25,783 nt of DNA, taken from NCBI GenBank assembly GCA_000388065.2, contig KB932210.1; one strand, 5' to 3'. Shown here one piece after another: positions 1 to 10,539 of this stretch (position 1 is its first letter; each line of letters starts with the position of its first letter). The stretch comes from Fonticula alba ATCC 38817. Lineage: Eukaryota; Protista; Nucleariida. Under the pieces are notes generated by a model. That model had not been told where the DNA came from, searched no databases, and worked only from the letters and a program-made list of their open reading frames with translations. Both the position numbers and the translations under genes were made by a program.

Positions 1-33
1 CCCCCCCCCGCCCCCTGGTCCGACGTCACCCAG

Positions 34-233
34 GCCTGGGCTTCGACGAAATCCGCGCGTGCGTGGCGGCCGGCACGCGCCCCGGGGACGGGCAGCCCGC
101 GCCCGGCCCGGCCGCCATGGCCGACCTGCTGACGATGGCCTGGGACCCGGCCCCCGGGTCGCGCCCGCTGGCCGCCTCCTTCCGCCAGGCCGTCGCCTCG
201 GCGGCCGTCTTCTCGGCCGCCGCTCGCCGCTGA
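34..233 (+). CDS. Last exon of an upstream receptor-like kinase paralogue (gene 0), kinase C-lobe end; rest lies 5' of window
   Basis: CAG acceptor at 31-33 after a C-rich tract. Phase-1 exon reads (G)LGFDEIRACVAAGTRP...MADLLTMAWDPAPGSRPLAASFRQAVASAAVFSAAARR* (TGA 231-233). Aligns with the last exon of gene A (GMCFEEITASVLVGARP...DLLQMAWDSNAHTRPLAASLRQ). Confidence 0.85.
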
Positions 234-330
234 GAGCCCGCCATTCGGGGTGCTGTTCACACATGCTGCCTTTCTCTCTCTCTCTGGGGGGGAGGGCCGG
301 GGCTAAAAGAGGAACAATGGCCCGGTGGGC

Positions 331-334
331 AAAA
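331..334 (-). terminator. Probable Pol III terminator (T4) of tRNA-Val copy 1
   Basis: TTTT on the minus strand 9-12 nt past the tRNA 3' end. The same CTTTTGCCC context occurs at the same spacing after copy 2 (18551-18554). Confidence 0.45.
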
Positions 335-342
335 GAAGTCAC

Positions 343-416
343 TGTCCGAACCAGGACTCGAACCTGGGACATTCTGTGTGTTAGACAGATATGATAACCA
401 TCTACATCATTCGGAC
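343..416 (-). tRNA. trnV(AAC): tRNA-Val (anticodon AAC), copy 1
   Basis: Reverse complement folds as a cloverleaf: acceptor GTCCGAA/TTCGGAC, discriminator A, anticodon stem TCTGT/ACAGA with loop CT-AAC-AC, T arm CCAGG-TTCGAGT-CCTGG, D loop with GG. No encoded CCA, no intron. Confidence 0.95.
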
Positions 417-2271
417 TGCCAGCACCCCGGCCGGGGGCCTACTTCTTGTTGTTGCTTTTTTCCCCGGCACACCACGCCCACGAAACACCGCCCCCTGCCC
501 CTGGCACAATGCGGCGGGCAATAATAAAGGCCACTATTTTAAACCCATGTATGTGGCGCTTGTTTTTCCGGCATACGCCCCGGGGCCGCGGCCGTCCGGG
601 GCGCACTCCCCCCCCCCCCGGGAAGGGGCGGACTCGCGGGCGGCATGGCCACCATGGGGACCATGCCTGTTTCAGGGCGGGCAAGCGGGCGGCGCGCAAG
701 AATGCGCCCTTTCGGAGGCGCCCGGGGCCGGGGGGCATCGCGGCCCGGGTGCGCGCAACCGTTCCCGCTGTGTCCCCCGTCCCCCCCCCGCCCCTCGGTG
801 CGGCCGGGTGTTTTTCCTTTCTTTCCGGTTGGCGATCTTGGTCTTCCCGCCGGCGGCGGTCGGCTCCGCGCCTTGCAAGCCGGCCTGGCCGGCATCCGAT
901 GCCCGTGGCGATGTTGCACGGGGCTCGGGCGGGGGGAGGGGACGAGCGCCCAGGTCGCCGGGCCCATGCGCCCTGCCCGCGCGCCCGCCGCGCTCGCCCG
1001 GGATGCCCTGTGTGCCGGGCGCCGCCACCGGGGAGGGGGTTTGGCTCGGGGGGCGCCCGGCCACCGGGGCCGAGCCCTGACACCGTGGCCGAGCGGGGGC
1101 CGCCGCCGGCATGCGCCACGCAGGGCCCCCTTCCCGGTTGCCCGTCCCTGGTAAACACGGCCACGGCACACGGCCCGGCATCGAGCCGCCCGAGCGCCGA
1201 GCCGCGCCGCCCGGCACCGGCCGGCACACATGCCGCGCGCCGGGGTCCCCTGCTCGAGCCTTGGCTGGTCGGCGGCCGGGCGAGACGGGCCGCCAGCCCT
1301 GTCGTCGGCCCGGGGCTCGTGCGCGTGGCGGCCTTCGGTCCGTGGTCTGGCCCGGCGGCACCCTGGCCGAGGGCCTACTCGCCCTCCGGGCCGACGGGGC
1401 TGGCGGCCCGTCTCGCACGGCCACCGGCCCGCCCGCCCCCGCCCGTGGCTGGGTGGATTCTTGCGTGGCCCTGCCGGCGCATGGGCCTAAGTGCCTCCCC
1501 GTGTGTGTGTGTGTCGATGGATCTGCGCATGGCCCGGTCCACCCGCATGGCAGGCGCCGCCCCCCCCCCCGCCCCTCCCCCCGGCTCCCGGCCATGTCCA
1601 CCGGCGCGTCGCTCACCTGCCGGGCAGGGCCCTCCCCGCCAAGCTGCCGGCGCCCCCCGCACGCGGAACACCGGCACCCTGCGAAGCGCCCCAGCCCGCA
1701 GGCTGATCGGCGGTCCAGGGCGGCAGAAGGCAAAGCTGCCAGCACCCCGCAGCGCCAGCATCCCCCCGCCTCCCTGCCGATCGCAGAGGAGGGAAGCCCC
1801 TCGGGCACGCGGCTCTTTTTTTTTCCCCCCAGGGCCCCGTACGCCATGCCCACACCCACAGGCAGGGGCGGGCAAAGCGCAGCTCGCGGCCGGCGCGCAC
1901 CCCCCGCCACCGGGGGCCGGAGACCCCCGGACAGGCTCCTGGCATACGCGAGCAGGCGTCCCCACACGAGCGGAGGCCGCGGTTAGGCCTCCGCCCCCGC
2001 CGTGGGTGGGGAGTAGAGCGTTGGCACTCGTCGCATCGCACGCCCGGCCGCCGGCAGGGCGTTGTTACATGACTCACGCCGCACGTGCGGGTCGTCGGAC
2101 GGCTTCTTGCCCGATGAGGGTGCCGCACACATCCCGGCCATGGTGCCCACTTCACGGCCCGCGCCGCCGCCGCCGCGGCCGCCGCCGGATCCGGCCCGGG
2201 CCGCCATGACCCGGCCCACCCGGAGCCGGGGCTGGGAAGCAGGGCCCCGGGCGCGCCAGCTTCCGAGGCGT

Positions 2272-2273
<2 letters not shown>

Positions 2274-2308
<35 letters not shown>
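2274..2308. repeat. Poly-C tract (35 nt) about 190 nt upstream of gene A start
   Basis: Direct read. Homopolymer length may be unreliable. Confidence 0.85.
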
Positions 2309-2309
<1 letters not shown>

Positions 2310-2499
2310 CGCACGAAGGAGCCCCCCCGCCGCTCGGGCAGATGTTTGAGGCCGACCGCCGCATGACCGGCCGCCCCCGCCCCCCCGGAGCGCCTGCCGC
2401 ATGCCCCCCCCCTCCCCTGCCTCCCCCCCTCCTCCGCCGCCGCCTCCCCCTCCCCAGCCCCGTCCCCTCGCCGGCTGCCGCTCGGCCTTCTCCACGGAA

Positions 2500-3889
2500 A
2501 TGGCGCCACGGCCCCCCCGGCGGGCATCGGCGCCTGCCCATGCGGTGGCCCTCGCCCTCGGGGTGGCCCTTGCCCTTGCGATGGTCCTGGCCCTCGCGCT
2601 TGCCCGGTCCCCGGTGGTGCCGCCGCCGGGCCCCACCCCGCCGATCGACAGCAATCCCGTCTACTTCCAGCAAATGCTCACCCCCTGGACCCACTCGCCG
2701 ACAATGGATCTTTCCGGCCCCCCGGGTCCCGGCCTGGGCACGGCCATGGTCGCGGCCCTCCTGGACCGCGAGTCGGTGCTCCTCTCGCAGCCCTCCCCGC
2801 CCGGCCACCCGTGGGACCTCCGGGTCGGTAGTCTTACATCGGTCGATGCCGGCCCCCCCCTGGCCGAGGCCCTAGTTGCCCCGAGCACGGGCTACACGCC
2901 GCTGGTGACCTTTTCCCCCCAGGGCCCGGTTGTGTCGGCCCTGGCATCCGACAACAAGTCCTTTGCTTCGAATGATCGCTCCTCCTGGCGGCATTTGCCA
3001 CATCAGCGGGTCAGCTGGGTGTTGGCCTCCGTGGCCGACGGCCCCGACCGGGTGGGCATCCTCTATTTCGACACCAGCTCCCACGGCCTCATGCTGGTCC
3101 GCTTCCGGCCGGGCGCGGAGCAGGAAAATGCCCCGGTCAATGTTCTCTCCCTGGCGCAAGGATCCCATCCCCTGGCGGTGGCCGGGCCCATGCGCACTTT
3201 CCTGGTCTACAGCGGGGCTACCGTTTATTGGTTCCAGTTTGATTGGTCCAATTATGGCTTTCCAATCGAGCAGTCCTCCTTCGGCGCCCCGGTGATCGAT
3301 GCCATGCTCGTGCGGGTTTTTTCAGACGCCGCGGTTGAGCGCGTTCTCCTCTTCGGCGATGGCACCATTCAAGTGTGCATCAACTTCCTGTCGCAGCCTG
3401 ACTGTGTCCATCCCCGGCATTTCGCCTTCCCACCTGGCAGTTCGGGCTCCGTGCGTTTGGTCAGGCCGCTGGCCGACACTCCCGTCGGCTGGATCTACCT
3501 GCAAGACATGGACCCCCCGGGCATGCTGTGGCGCGTGTATATCGCCCCCGACGACCCGGATGCCTCGACCATCTGGCAAAGGGTGATTCTCCCGGGGACA
3601 TTGGCCAGCGACCCGTTGAGCCTGGTGCTGCTGGTCGATCGGGATGCCCGTGGCGCCTGGGCCCTGACCAGCTCCTCGCAAACCTACCTGGAGAGCAAGG
3701 ACTTCAACTGCGATGGCGACCCGTCGATCGTGTGCGACGGTGATGCCAGCCCGGCCGGTGGGCCGCCCCAGCCGCTGGGCTTCAAGTGCGCCGCCAACCG
3801 CACCCTGGCGCCCTTCATCCAGCCGGGGACCCTGTGTGCCGGCTGTGCGGACGGCACGTACAACGGCTTCTTCCTGTCCGCTCACACTG
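2500..3889 (+). CDS. Gene A exon 1: signal peptide, beta-rich N-terminal domain, Cys-rich linker
   Basis: In ORF 2401..4311; ends at G|GTGCGT donor (3890). Confidence 0.8.
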
Positions 3890-6800
3890 GTGCGTTCACG
3901 CGCATGTGCGCGTCCCCTGTCTCTCTCTCTTTTTTTCTTTCTTTCTTTTTCTCTCTCTCTCTTTCTTTTTTCTTTCTTTTTTTTTCTCTCTCTCTTTCTT
4001 TTTTTCTTTCTTTCTTTTTCTCTCTCTCTCTTTCTTTTTTNNNNNNNNNNNNNNNNNNNNNNNNNNNNNNNNNNNNNNNNNNNNNNNNNNNNNNNNNNNN
4101 NNNNNNNNNNNNNNNNNNNNNNNNNNNNNNNNNNNNNNNNNNNNNNNNNNNNNNNNNNNNNNNNNNNNNNNNNNNNNNNNNNNNNNNNNNNNNCCCTCCG
4201 CCAACACACCCTTGCAGAGCCACATTGCCTGCCCTGTTCGACGGCACATTGCCTGCAGTGTCTCGCCGATCAGTGTGTCGTCTGCGAAAGCGGGCACCTA
4301 CTGCAAGTTGACACGGGCACCGGCATCACCCAGTGCCTCCCGCAGTGCGAGTCGGCCTACACCGAGGCAGGGACCGTGTGCGTGCCGGCCTCGCCGCCGG
4401 ATTCGCGCGCGTTCGCCGCCTCCACGCACCGGCTGCCCATCGACGCCGGCGCCATTGCCGACTTCCGGCTTCTGGCCCACACGTCGCTCTGCCCGCCGCC
4501 GGAGGGTGGCGGCCCGCCACAACTCCTCAATCCACGGCTGCCCCTCGACCAGCAGCCCCATCACTATCTGGCCTTCGTGGCCTCGTCCAATCTTCCGGCC
4601 CTACTACAACTGGCCCCCGGGCAGCATGCCCCGGAGCATCTGTCCCTCCGGCAGCCCTTCATCTGGCCCTTCGGCGCGAAATTCGTGCACGCATACCTGG
4701 AAACCCGGCCGCCCAGCCCGTGGACCGACGACTCTCACGCCCTGGCCAGCTTCTTCCTGTGCGCCGGCGGGTCCCTGTCCTATGGGCAGATGTTCTGCCA
4801 GGCGGGCACCGGCTTCGTGGCCAACCCCTCGGCTTCCACCTGCCCGGTGGAGGTGGTGACCCAGAGCGAGCTCGTGGGCATCGGCTGCCAAACCATCCGT
4901 CCCTATGGGCCGGACCGGGTGACGGTGCTCACCGACGCCGGGCTGCTCCTCTTCTCCGCCGGCCACACCCAGCCCCCGAGCTATGTCCCCCTGCCGGAGG
5001 TCTTCGAGCACCCGGCGGCCTTCCCCTCGGGGCTCTTCCCCGCCGGCGATGGGCGCGCCTCGTGGATGTTCCTGCTGCGCGACGGGCTGCCCGTGCTCCA
5101 GCCCCTGGATGCCATCGTCCAGGGGCATCCCCAAACGCTCGCCCCTCTGGCGGCCCTGCCCCAGATGCCGGGCTCCTTCGAGCCGGTGGTCCTGCCGACC
5201 GACCGGACCCTCTTCGGGGGGGAGTTTTTCCTGGCCATGCTCACGCCCCCGCACCGAGCCACCGACCTGGTCTCTTGGGAGGTGTGGCATGTGCCGCTGG
5301 GCATGCGGGCCTCCTGGCGCACGGTGCACCTGCCCCACACGCGGCAAACGCTCGGCCCCCTCCCGGCCAATCCCCAGGGGGCCTTCCGGTTCATGGGGCT
5401 CGACCTGCGGCCCCTGGGCGAGCCGCACCACCCGGCGGCGCTGGTCCTCCTGACGCCGCAGCATGTCGGCCTGGCGCTGCTGCACTGCCCGTCGGCCACG
5501 GCCAATGCGCCCTGCTGGCTGCAGCCGGCCCGGTTCGTCGCGCTGGGCACCACCCTCCCGCACGTGGCCCCTGTCAATGTGGTCCTCCTGCCGGCCGGCT
5601 CCCCGGCCGCCGGCTCCCCGGCCGCCGGGGCCTCGGCCGCGGGGCCGGATGTCGGCCTGCTCCTGGCCACCGGGACCGAGGAGCTGCTGGTTGTGTCCGT
5701 GCCGGCCGGGGGCCACTGCCCGCCCGGCACCTTCGGGCCCGGGTGCACGCCCTGCCATGAGCGTTGCCTGTCGTGCAACGGGCCGCTGGCGGCCGACTGC
5801 ACGGCCTGCCGGCGGTCCATCGGGGCCTTCACCAGCCCGGACTCCTGCCTGGACTCCTGCCCGGAGGGGCTGCACGAGCGCGGCCACCTGTGCCTCTGCC
5901 ACGACACCTGCTCATCCTGCGGGCAGGTGCCCGGCTCCGACAGTGCGTTCCACTGCCTGGCATGCGGCGCGGGGCATGCGCTGCCGGCGGGCGCGTCGGC
6001 CGCCGCCGCCTGCCAGCCCTGCCACGCCACGTGCGCCGAGTGCCGCACCCCTGGCGACCCGGGCTCGTGCATCGGATGTGCCGCCGGCCACTTCCTCCAT
6101 CAGGGCCTGTGCTTGGAAAGGTGCCCGGCCGGCAGCTGGGGCGATGCCGCCAGCCAAACTTGCGCCCCCTGCCCCGGGCCATGCAGCTCCTGCTCCTCGG
6201 CCAGCGACTGCACTGCCTGTGCCGCCGGGCACTTCCTCAATGCCAGCCACATGTGCCAGCCCTGTGACAGCTCCTGCACCGCCTGCACCGACGGGGCCAC
6301 CTGCACCATCTGCCGGCCGGGGATGATCTTCCTGGACCCGGACCCGGGCGCGCCGTCCCTCTGCGGCAGCACCTGCCCCCCGGGCGAGTATGTCGCGTTC
6401 ACCCGGTGCGCCGCGTGCGTTGCTTCCTGCGCCCTGTGCGCCGGCGGGCCGGACCAGTGCCGGGTGTGCGCCGAGGGGTTCCGCTGGGCCGGGCCCGCCC
6501 CGGGCCCCGGCGGCACTGGCACGTGCGTCGCCTGTGAGCCTGGGTGCGCCTCCTGCACGAGCGCCGCATGTCTGTCCTGCGAGGCGGGCCTCCTGCTGAC
6601 GGCGGCCGGCGCATGTGTCGGTGCCTGCCCGGCCGGGTCGTTCAGCAACGGCGAGTCGTGCCAGCCGTGCGACATTAGTTGCGCCGCCTGCGCCGACGGC
6701 CAGCCGGACCAGTGCACGGACTGTGGCCCGGGGCTGGAACTTGTCGAGGTGGCCCCCGGTGTCGGCACCTGCGAGTCGGGCTGCGCAGAGGGCGAGTACC

Positions 6801-9706
6801 TCCAGGGGACGGACTGCCTGCCCTGCGACGCGGCCTGCGCCACGTGCAACGGCCCCACGGACAAGGACTGCTGGCGGTGTGTCGGGGCCGTGCTCCAGGG
6901 CGGCGACTGCGTGCAGGCCTGCGCCGCCAGGCATGTGGCCGTGGCCGGCCGGTGCCTGCCGTGCCATGTCTCCTGCGCCGAGTGCATGGGCACTCGGAGC
7001 ACCGAGTGCCTGCCGGACTGCGCACCCGACTTGCTGGCCCTGCCGGCCGGGCAGTCGCCCACGCGCTGCGTGCCGGCCTGCCCGGCCGGGCACCACACCT
7101 CGGCGGCCGGGTGCGCCCCCTGCGGGGCGCACTGCGCCAGCTGCCCGGAGTCGAACGACACATGCGCCCTGTGCGAGCGCGGGTGGCTGCTGGACGCGCC
7201 GAGCTGCGTGACCGAGTGCCCCCCCTCCTCGGTGGCGCAGGGCGGGCTGTGCGCCACCTGCCACGCCACCTGCGCCACGTGCTACGGGCCGGAGCCGGGG
7301 CACTGCCTGTCGTGCGGCGGCTCGATGTACCTGCACATGGATGGGACCTGCCTGGGCGCCTGCCCGGCCGGGTTCTTTGGCCAATCGGGCGCCTGCCTCC
7401 CATGCAGCGCCGCCTGCGCCGAATGCCTCGGGCCCGGCAGCGGCCAGTGCTCGGCCTGCCCGCCGGGCAGCCTCCTCCACCAGGGCACCTGTGTCACCCT
7501 CTGCCCGGCCGGGTACTTCGCCGACGCCGGCCGCGTGTGCCGGGCCTGCGATGCCGAGTGCCTGACCTGCTCCGGCCCGGGCCGGTGCTCCTCCTGCCGG
7601 GCGGGCCTGCTGCTGACCGGGGCCGGGGGCTGTGTGGCCGGCTGCCCGGCCGGGTGGCTGGCCTGCCCGCCAACCGGCCGGTGCGATGCCTGCCCCGGGG
7701 GCTGTGCCGCCTGTCAGGCGGACGTCCAGGCCGGCTGGGGCTGCACCGCCTGGTGCACTGCCTGCGACCGGGGGCTCGTCCGGACCGCTCGGACGGGGGC
7801 CTGCGCCGGGGCCTGCCCGCCGGGGGAGTTCCTGGCCGCCGGGTCGGCCGACGCCTGTGCCCCCTGCCATGCCGGCTGCGGCACATGCTTCGGCACGGCC
7901 TCCCACTGCACGTCCTGCCCCCTGGCCGAGCAGTGGCTGGACGTCGAGGCCGGAGCCTGCGTGGCCGGCTGCCCGGCCAGCGAGCTGGCCCCGGCCGAGC
8001 TCCCCTCCCCGGGTGCCGGCCGGCCGGCGCGCGTGTGTCTCGCCTGCCCGAAGCACTGCGAGCGCTGCGCCGCCGGGCCCGACATGTCGCCGTGCGACCT
8101 GGCCCCGGGCGGGGCGCTCGCCTGCCCGGCCATCGACACATGCGCCCAGTGCCTGCCCGGGTTCCTGCTGCTCGGCGGGGCCTCCTGTGTGGGCGAGTGC
8201 CCGGTCGGGTACTTCCCGCAGGAGGACGCCCGCCCGCCGGGGTGCCTGCCCTGCCACGCCCGGTGCAAGGCCTGCTCCGGCCCCGGCCCCGGGGACTGCA
8301 CTTCGGTGGCCGGCCCCTCTCGCGGCCGACTCGGTGCGGGCGCCGTCCCTTCCCTCCTTCCGCCCCTCTGCCCATGCCTCTGACACGCGCCTTCTCCTGC
8401 CCCGGCTCCGGGCCACACGCGCCCGTATTTTCCCGGCCCCCTGCCGGGGCAGCCCTCGGCCTGGGCCTCGGCCTGGGGCTCCTGCTGCTGGTCCTGCTGC
8501 TGCTGCTGGTGGTCCTCCTCTTCCTGCGCCTGCGTCGCCGGCGCCGGGCCCCGAGCAAGGTGCGTCCCTGCTGGCCGGCGGTCGCCGCCGCTCACTCTGC
8601 CCTCCGAGCACATGTGTTTACTGACACCACGCCGCACAGGCCCGCGACGATGAGGACGCCACCGTCATGAACACCATCGTGGAGCTGTCGCTCCCGGGCA
8701 GCATCCTGGTGAGCATCGCCAGCGACTTCTCGCCGCTCAACGAGGATGCGCTCGGTGCCGGGACCCAGGCGTCGGTCTACGCGGCGCGCGCCGTCGGGGC
8801 CGGCATCTCCGACCGGCTGGGCTGCCCGGGCACCGTGGCCATCAAGCAGCTGAAGGCCGAGCGTCTGACCCCCACGCAGGTGACCCTCTTCCAGAACGAG
8901 GTGGCGCTGATGTGGCTGCTGCGCGACGCGCCGAACGTCGTCCGGCTGTACGGCTACAGCGAGCAGCCGCCGGCCATCGTCATGGAACGCTACCAGACGG
9001 ACCTGGCCACGCTGCTGCACTCGGACGTCCCCCTGGACCAGGGCACCATCCTGGACATCGCCCAGCAGTGGGCCTCCGGGCTGGAGGCCATGCACGCGCA
9101 GGGGATCGCCCACCGCGACCTGAAGCCGGGCAACGTGTTTGCCAGCCAGCGCCCGGATGGCTCCTGGACGGCGGCCCTCGGCGACCTGGGCACCTCGCGC
9201 AACCTCAACACCGACCGGTCGTCGACACTGGTGACCGAGGCGCCGGAGCTGAACGCCCTGACGGCGCGGTACGCGGCGCCCGAGGTGCTGGCCGCCTTCC
9301 AGCGCCGGCGCCCGCTGGACCCGGAGCTCCTGCTCCCGGCGGACATCTTCAGCGCGGCCATCATGCTGTGGGAGTGCCTCAACCGCACACTCCCCTGGGC
9401 CGGTACGTTCCCTTGGGCCAGCCGGCGGGCCGCGGATGTGGTGTGACCCATGGACTGACTGCTGACACCTGCCTCCAACGGCGCCCCCCCCCCCCCCTGC
9501 CCTGGCAACCAGGCATGTGCTTTGAGGAGATCACGGCCTCTGTGCTGGTCGGTGCCCGGCCCGACTTGGAAGGCATGCCGGCCGGCTTGCTGGCCTCCTT
9601 TGGGGACCTTCTGCAGATGGCCTGGGACTCGAATGCCCACACGCGGCCGCTGGCCGCCTCCCTCCGGCAGAAGGCCGCCATGGCGGCCCTCGGCCCCGGC
9701 GGCTGA
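2500..9706 (+). CDS. Gene A: receptor-like TKL-type Ser/Thr kinase with furin-like Cys-rich ectodomain. Exons 2500-3889, 4218-8333, 8453-8559, 8640-9402, 9513-9706 (about 2189 aa)
   Basis: All four introns are GT..AG and phase-consistent; exon sum 6570 nt = 2190 codons. N-terminal hydrophobic stretch (AVALALGVALALAMVLALALA), roughly 20 CxxC/FU repeats, TM (ALGLGLGLGLLLLVLLLLLVVLLFL) followed by RRRRR. Kinase motifs GAGTQA, VAIK, HRDLKPGN, DLG, ARYAAPE, DIFS. The start could alternatively be the in-frame ATG at 2401. Confidence 0.88.
3920..4040. repeat. TC/T low-complexity microsatellite in gene A intron 1
   Basis: Only C and T for about 120 nt, running into an N gap. Confidence 0.9.
4041..4193. 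other. Assembly gap (153 N) in gene A intron 1
   Basis: N run. Confidence 0.99.
4218..8333 (+). CDS. Gene A exon 2: FU pair, second beta-rich domain, long furin-like repeat array
   Basis: TTGCAG acceptor at 4216-4217, open frame of ORF 3713..8383, GTGCGG donor at 8334. Confidence 0.88.
8453..8559 (+). CDS. Gene A exon 3: transmembrane helix and basic stop-transfer
   Basis: CAG acceptor, phase 1; about 25 hydrophobic residues then RLRRRRRAPSK; AAG|GTGCGT donor. Confidence 0.85.
8640..9402 (+). CDS. Gene A exon 4: juxtamembrane and kinase subdomains I-X
   Basis: TACTGAC branch point and ACAG acceptor; canonical kinase motifs; G|GTACGT donor. Confidence 0.92.
9513..9706 (+). CDS. Gene A exon 5: kinase C-terminus
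   Basis: CCAG acceptor; GMCFEEIT...AWDSNAHTRP...; TGA at 9704-9706. Confidence 0.88.
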
Positions 9707-10023
9707 GACGCCCCGGGCTGGGCCCTGCCCCGCTTGGGCCCGGGAAAAATACACCCCCACACCCTGTCCGTCCGCCCGTCCGGGCACCGGTTGTCATTCG
9801 CGCCGGCACTGCTCGCGAGAGGGGGAACACGTGCAGTCCGGCTGCGGGCCCGCCGTCGCGGCGGCGAAGCCCCCTTGTCGCCGTGCCTCGCCGGCTGCCT
9901 TTCTGGCTCCCCCCTCCCCTCTCTCTCTCCGTGTCTCATTCACTCGCTGGCGGCTGTGGGCATGGCCTGGGGATGGGCGACCGCGGCCGGGCCGCCCAGG
10001 GCCTCAGTCCCCCCCCCCCCTCT

Positions 10024-10048
10024 ACACACACACACACATATACACACG
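10024..10048. repeat. (CA)n microsatellite between the convergent 3' ends of genes A and B
   Basis: acacacacacacacatatacacacg, direct read. Confidence 0.7.
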
Positions 10049-10333
10049 CATGGGGGCGCCTGGCTTGCCGCTGTCGCCACCGCTGGCGGGGCTGGCCACC
10101 GGGCGAGTTTAGTGGTCTGCTCGTCGTCGGGTGCGGGTGGCGGTCGCGCAGGGCACAAGGCGACCATGCCCCTCTTCGAGCCGGATGACGGGCACATAGT
10201 GCAGCTGGCCGTGGCGCAGGGCCGCCCGGTTGGCCGGCGACCAGGCTCACATGCCGGGCTGGGCCTTCCCGGCGCCAGCGCCAGAGCATGGCAGCAGCGA
10301 AGGCCCAGCCCGGGTCCATGCGCGGCCCTTTGC

Positions 10334-10539
10334 TCACATAAGGTCCACGCACAGGGCACGGAAGTGCGAGGCCACCGGGCGGGCGTGCGGATCCTGGACC
10401 CAGGCCGCCTGGATGGCGTCCATGGCCGGGCCCGGGTTCGCGGTGGGCGGCGTGGCGGCTCGCTCGCTGGCCAGGACCAGCGACAGGTCCGGGCGGATGC
10501 CGGCCCCGACGCTGGAGCTGATGCTGGCGAACTTGAAGC
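10334..10539 (-). CDS. Gene B last exon (kinase C-terminus)
   Basis: CCCAG acceptor; GFKFASISSSVGAGIRPDL...AWVQDPHARP...LM*. Confidence 0.85.

Noticed and set aside
391-1080. ORF 391..1080, and ORFs 59..394 and 18180..18614 that end with an identical VRTRTRTWDILCVRQI peptide
   Set aside because: ORF 391..1080 starts inside the tRNA gene and has no recognisable motif. The shared peptide of the other two is just the antisense translation of the tRNA-Val gene.
2064-2076. TTACATGACTCA, an AP-1/bZIP-like site upstream of gene A
   Set aside because: Single short match, not clearly conserved upstream of gene C (only TGACTCG); compatible with chance.
420-2270. Possible genes or a transposon in the spacer before gene A (and in 18640-19920)
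   Set aside because: No recognisable domain, terminal repeats or coding-like composition; no clear similarity between the two spacers by eye.
5912-8611. Very long antisense or alternate-frame ORFs (5912..8611, 12146..15664, 11304..16922, 22073..25768 and many others)
   Set aside because: Ala/Gly/Arg/Pro-rich shadow frames expected from extreme GC content and codon bias opposite real CDS; no motifs.
8667-9446. Calling the kinases tyrosine kinases or pseudokinases
   Set aside because: The catalytic loop is DLKPGN (Ser/Thr-type, not DLAARN), and the VAxK Lys, catalytic Asp/Asn and Mg-binding Asp are retained.
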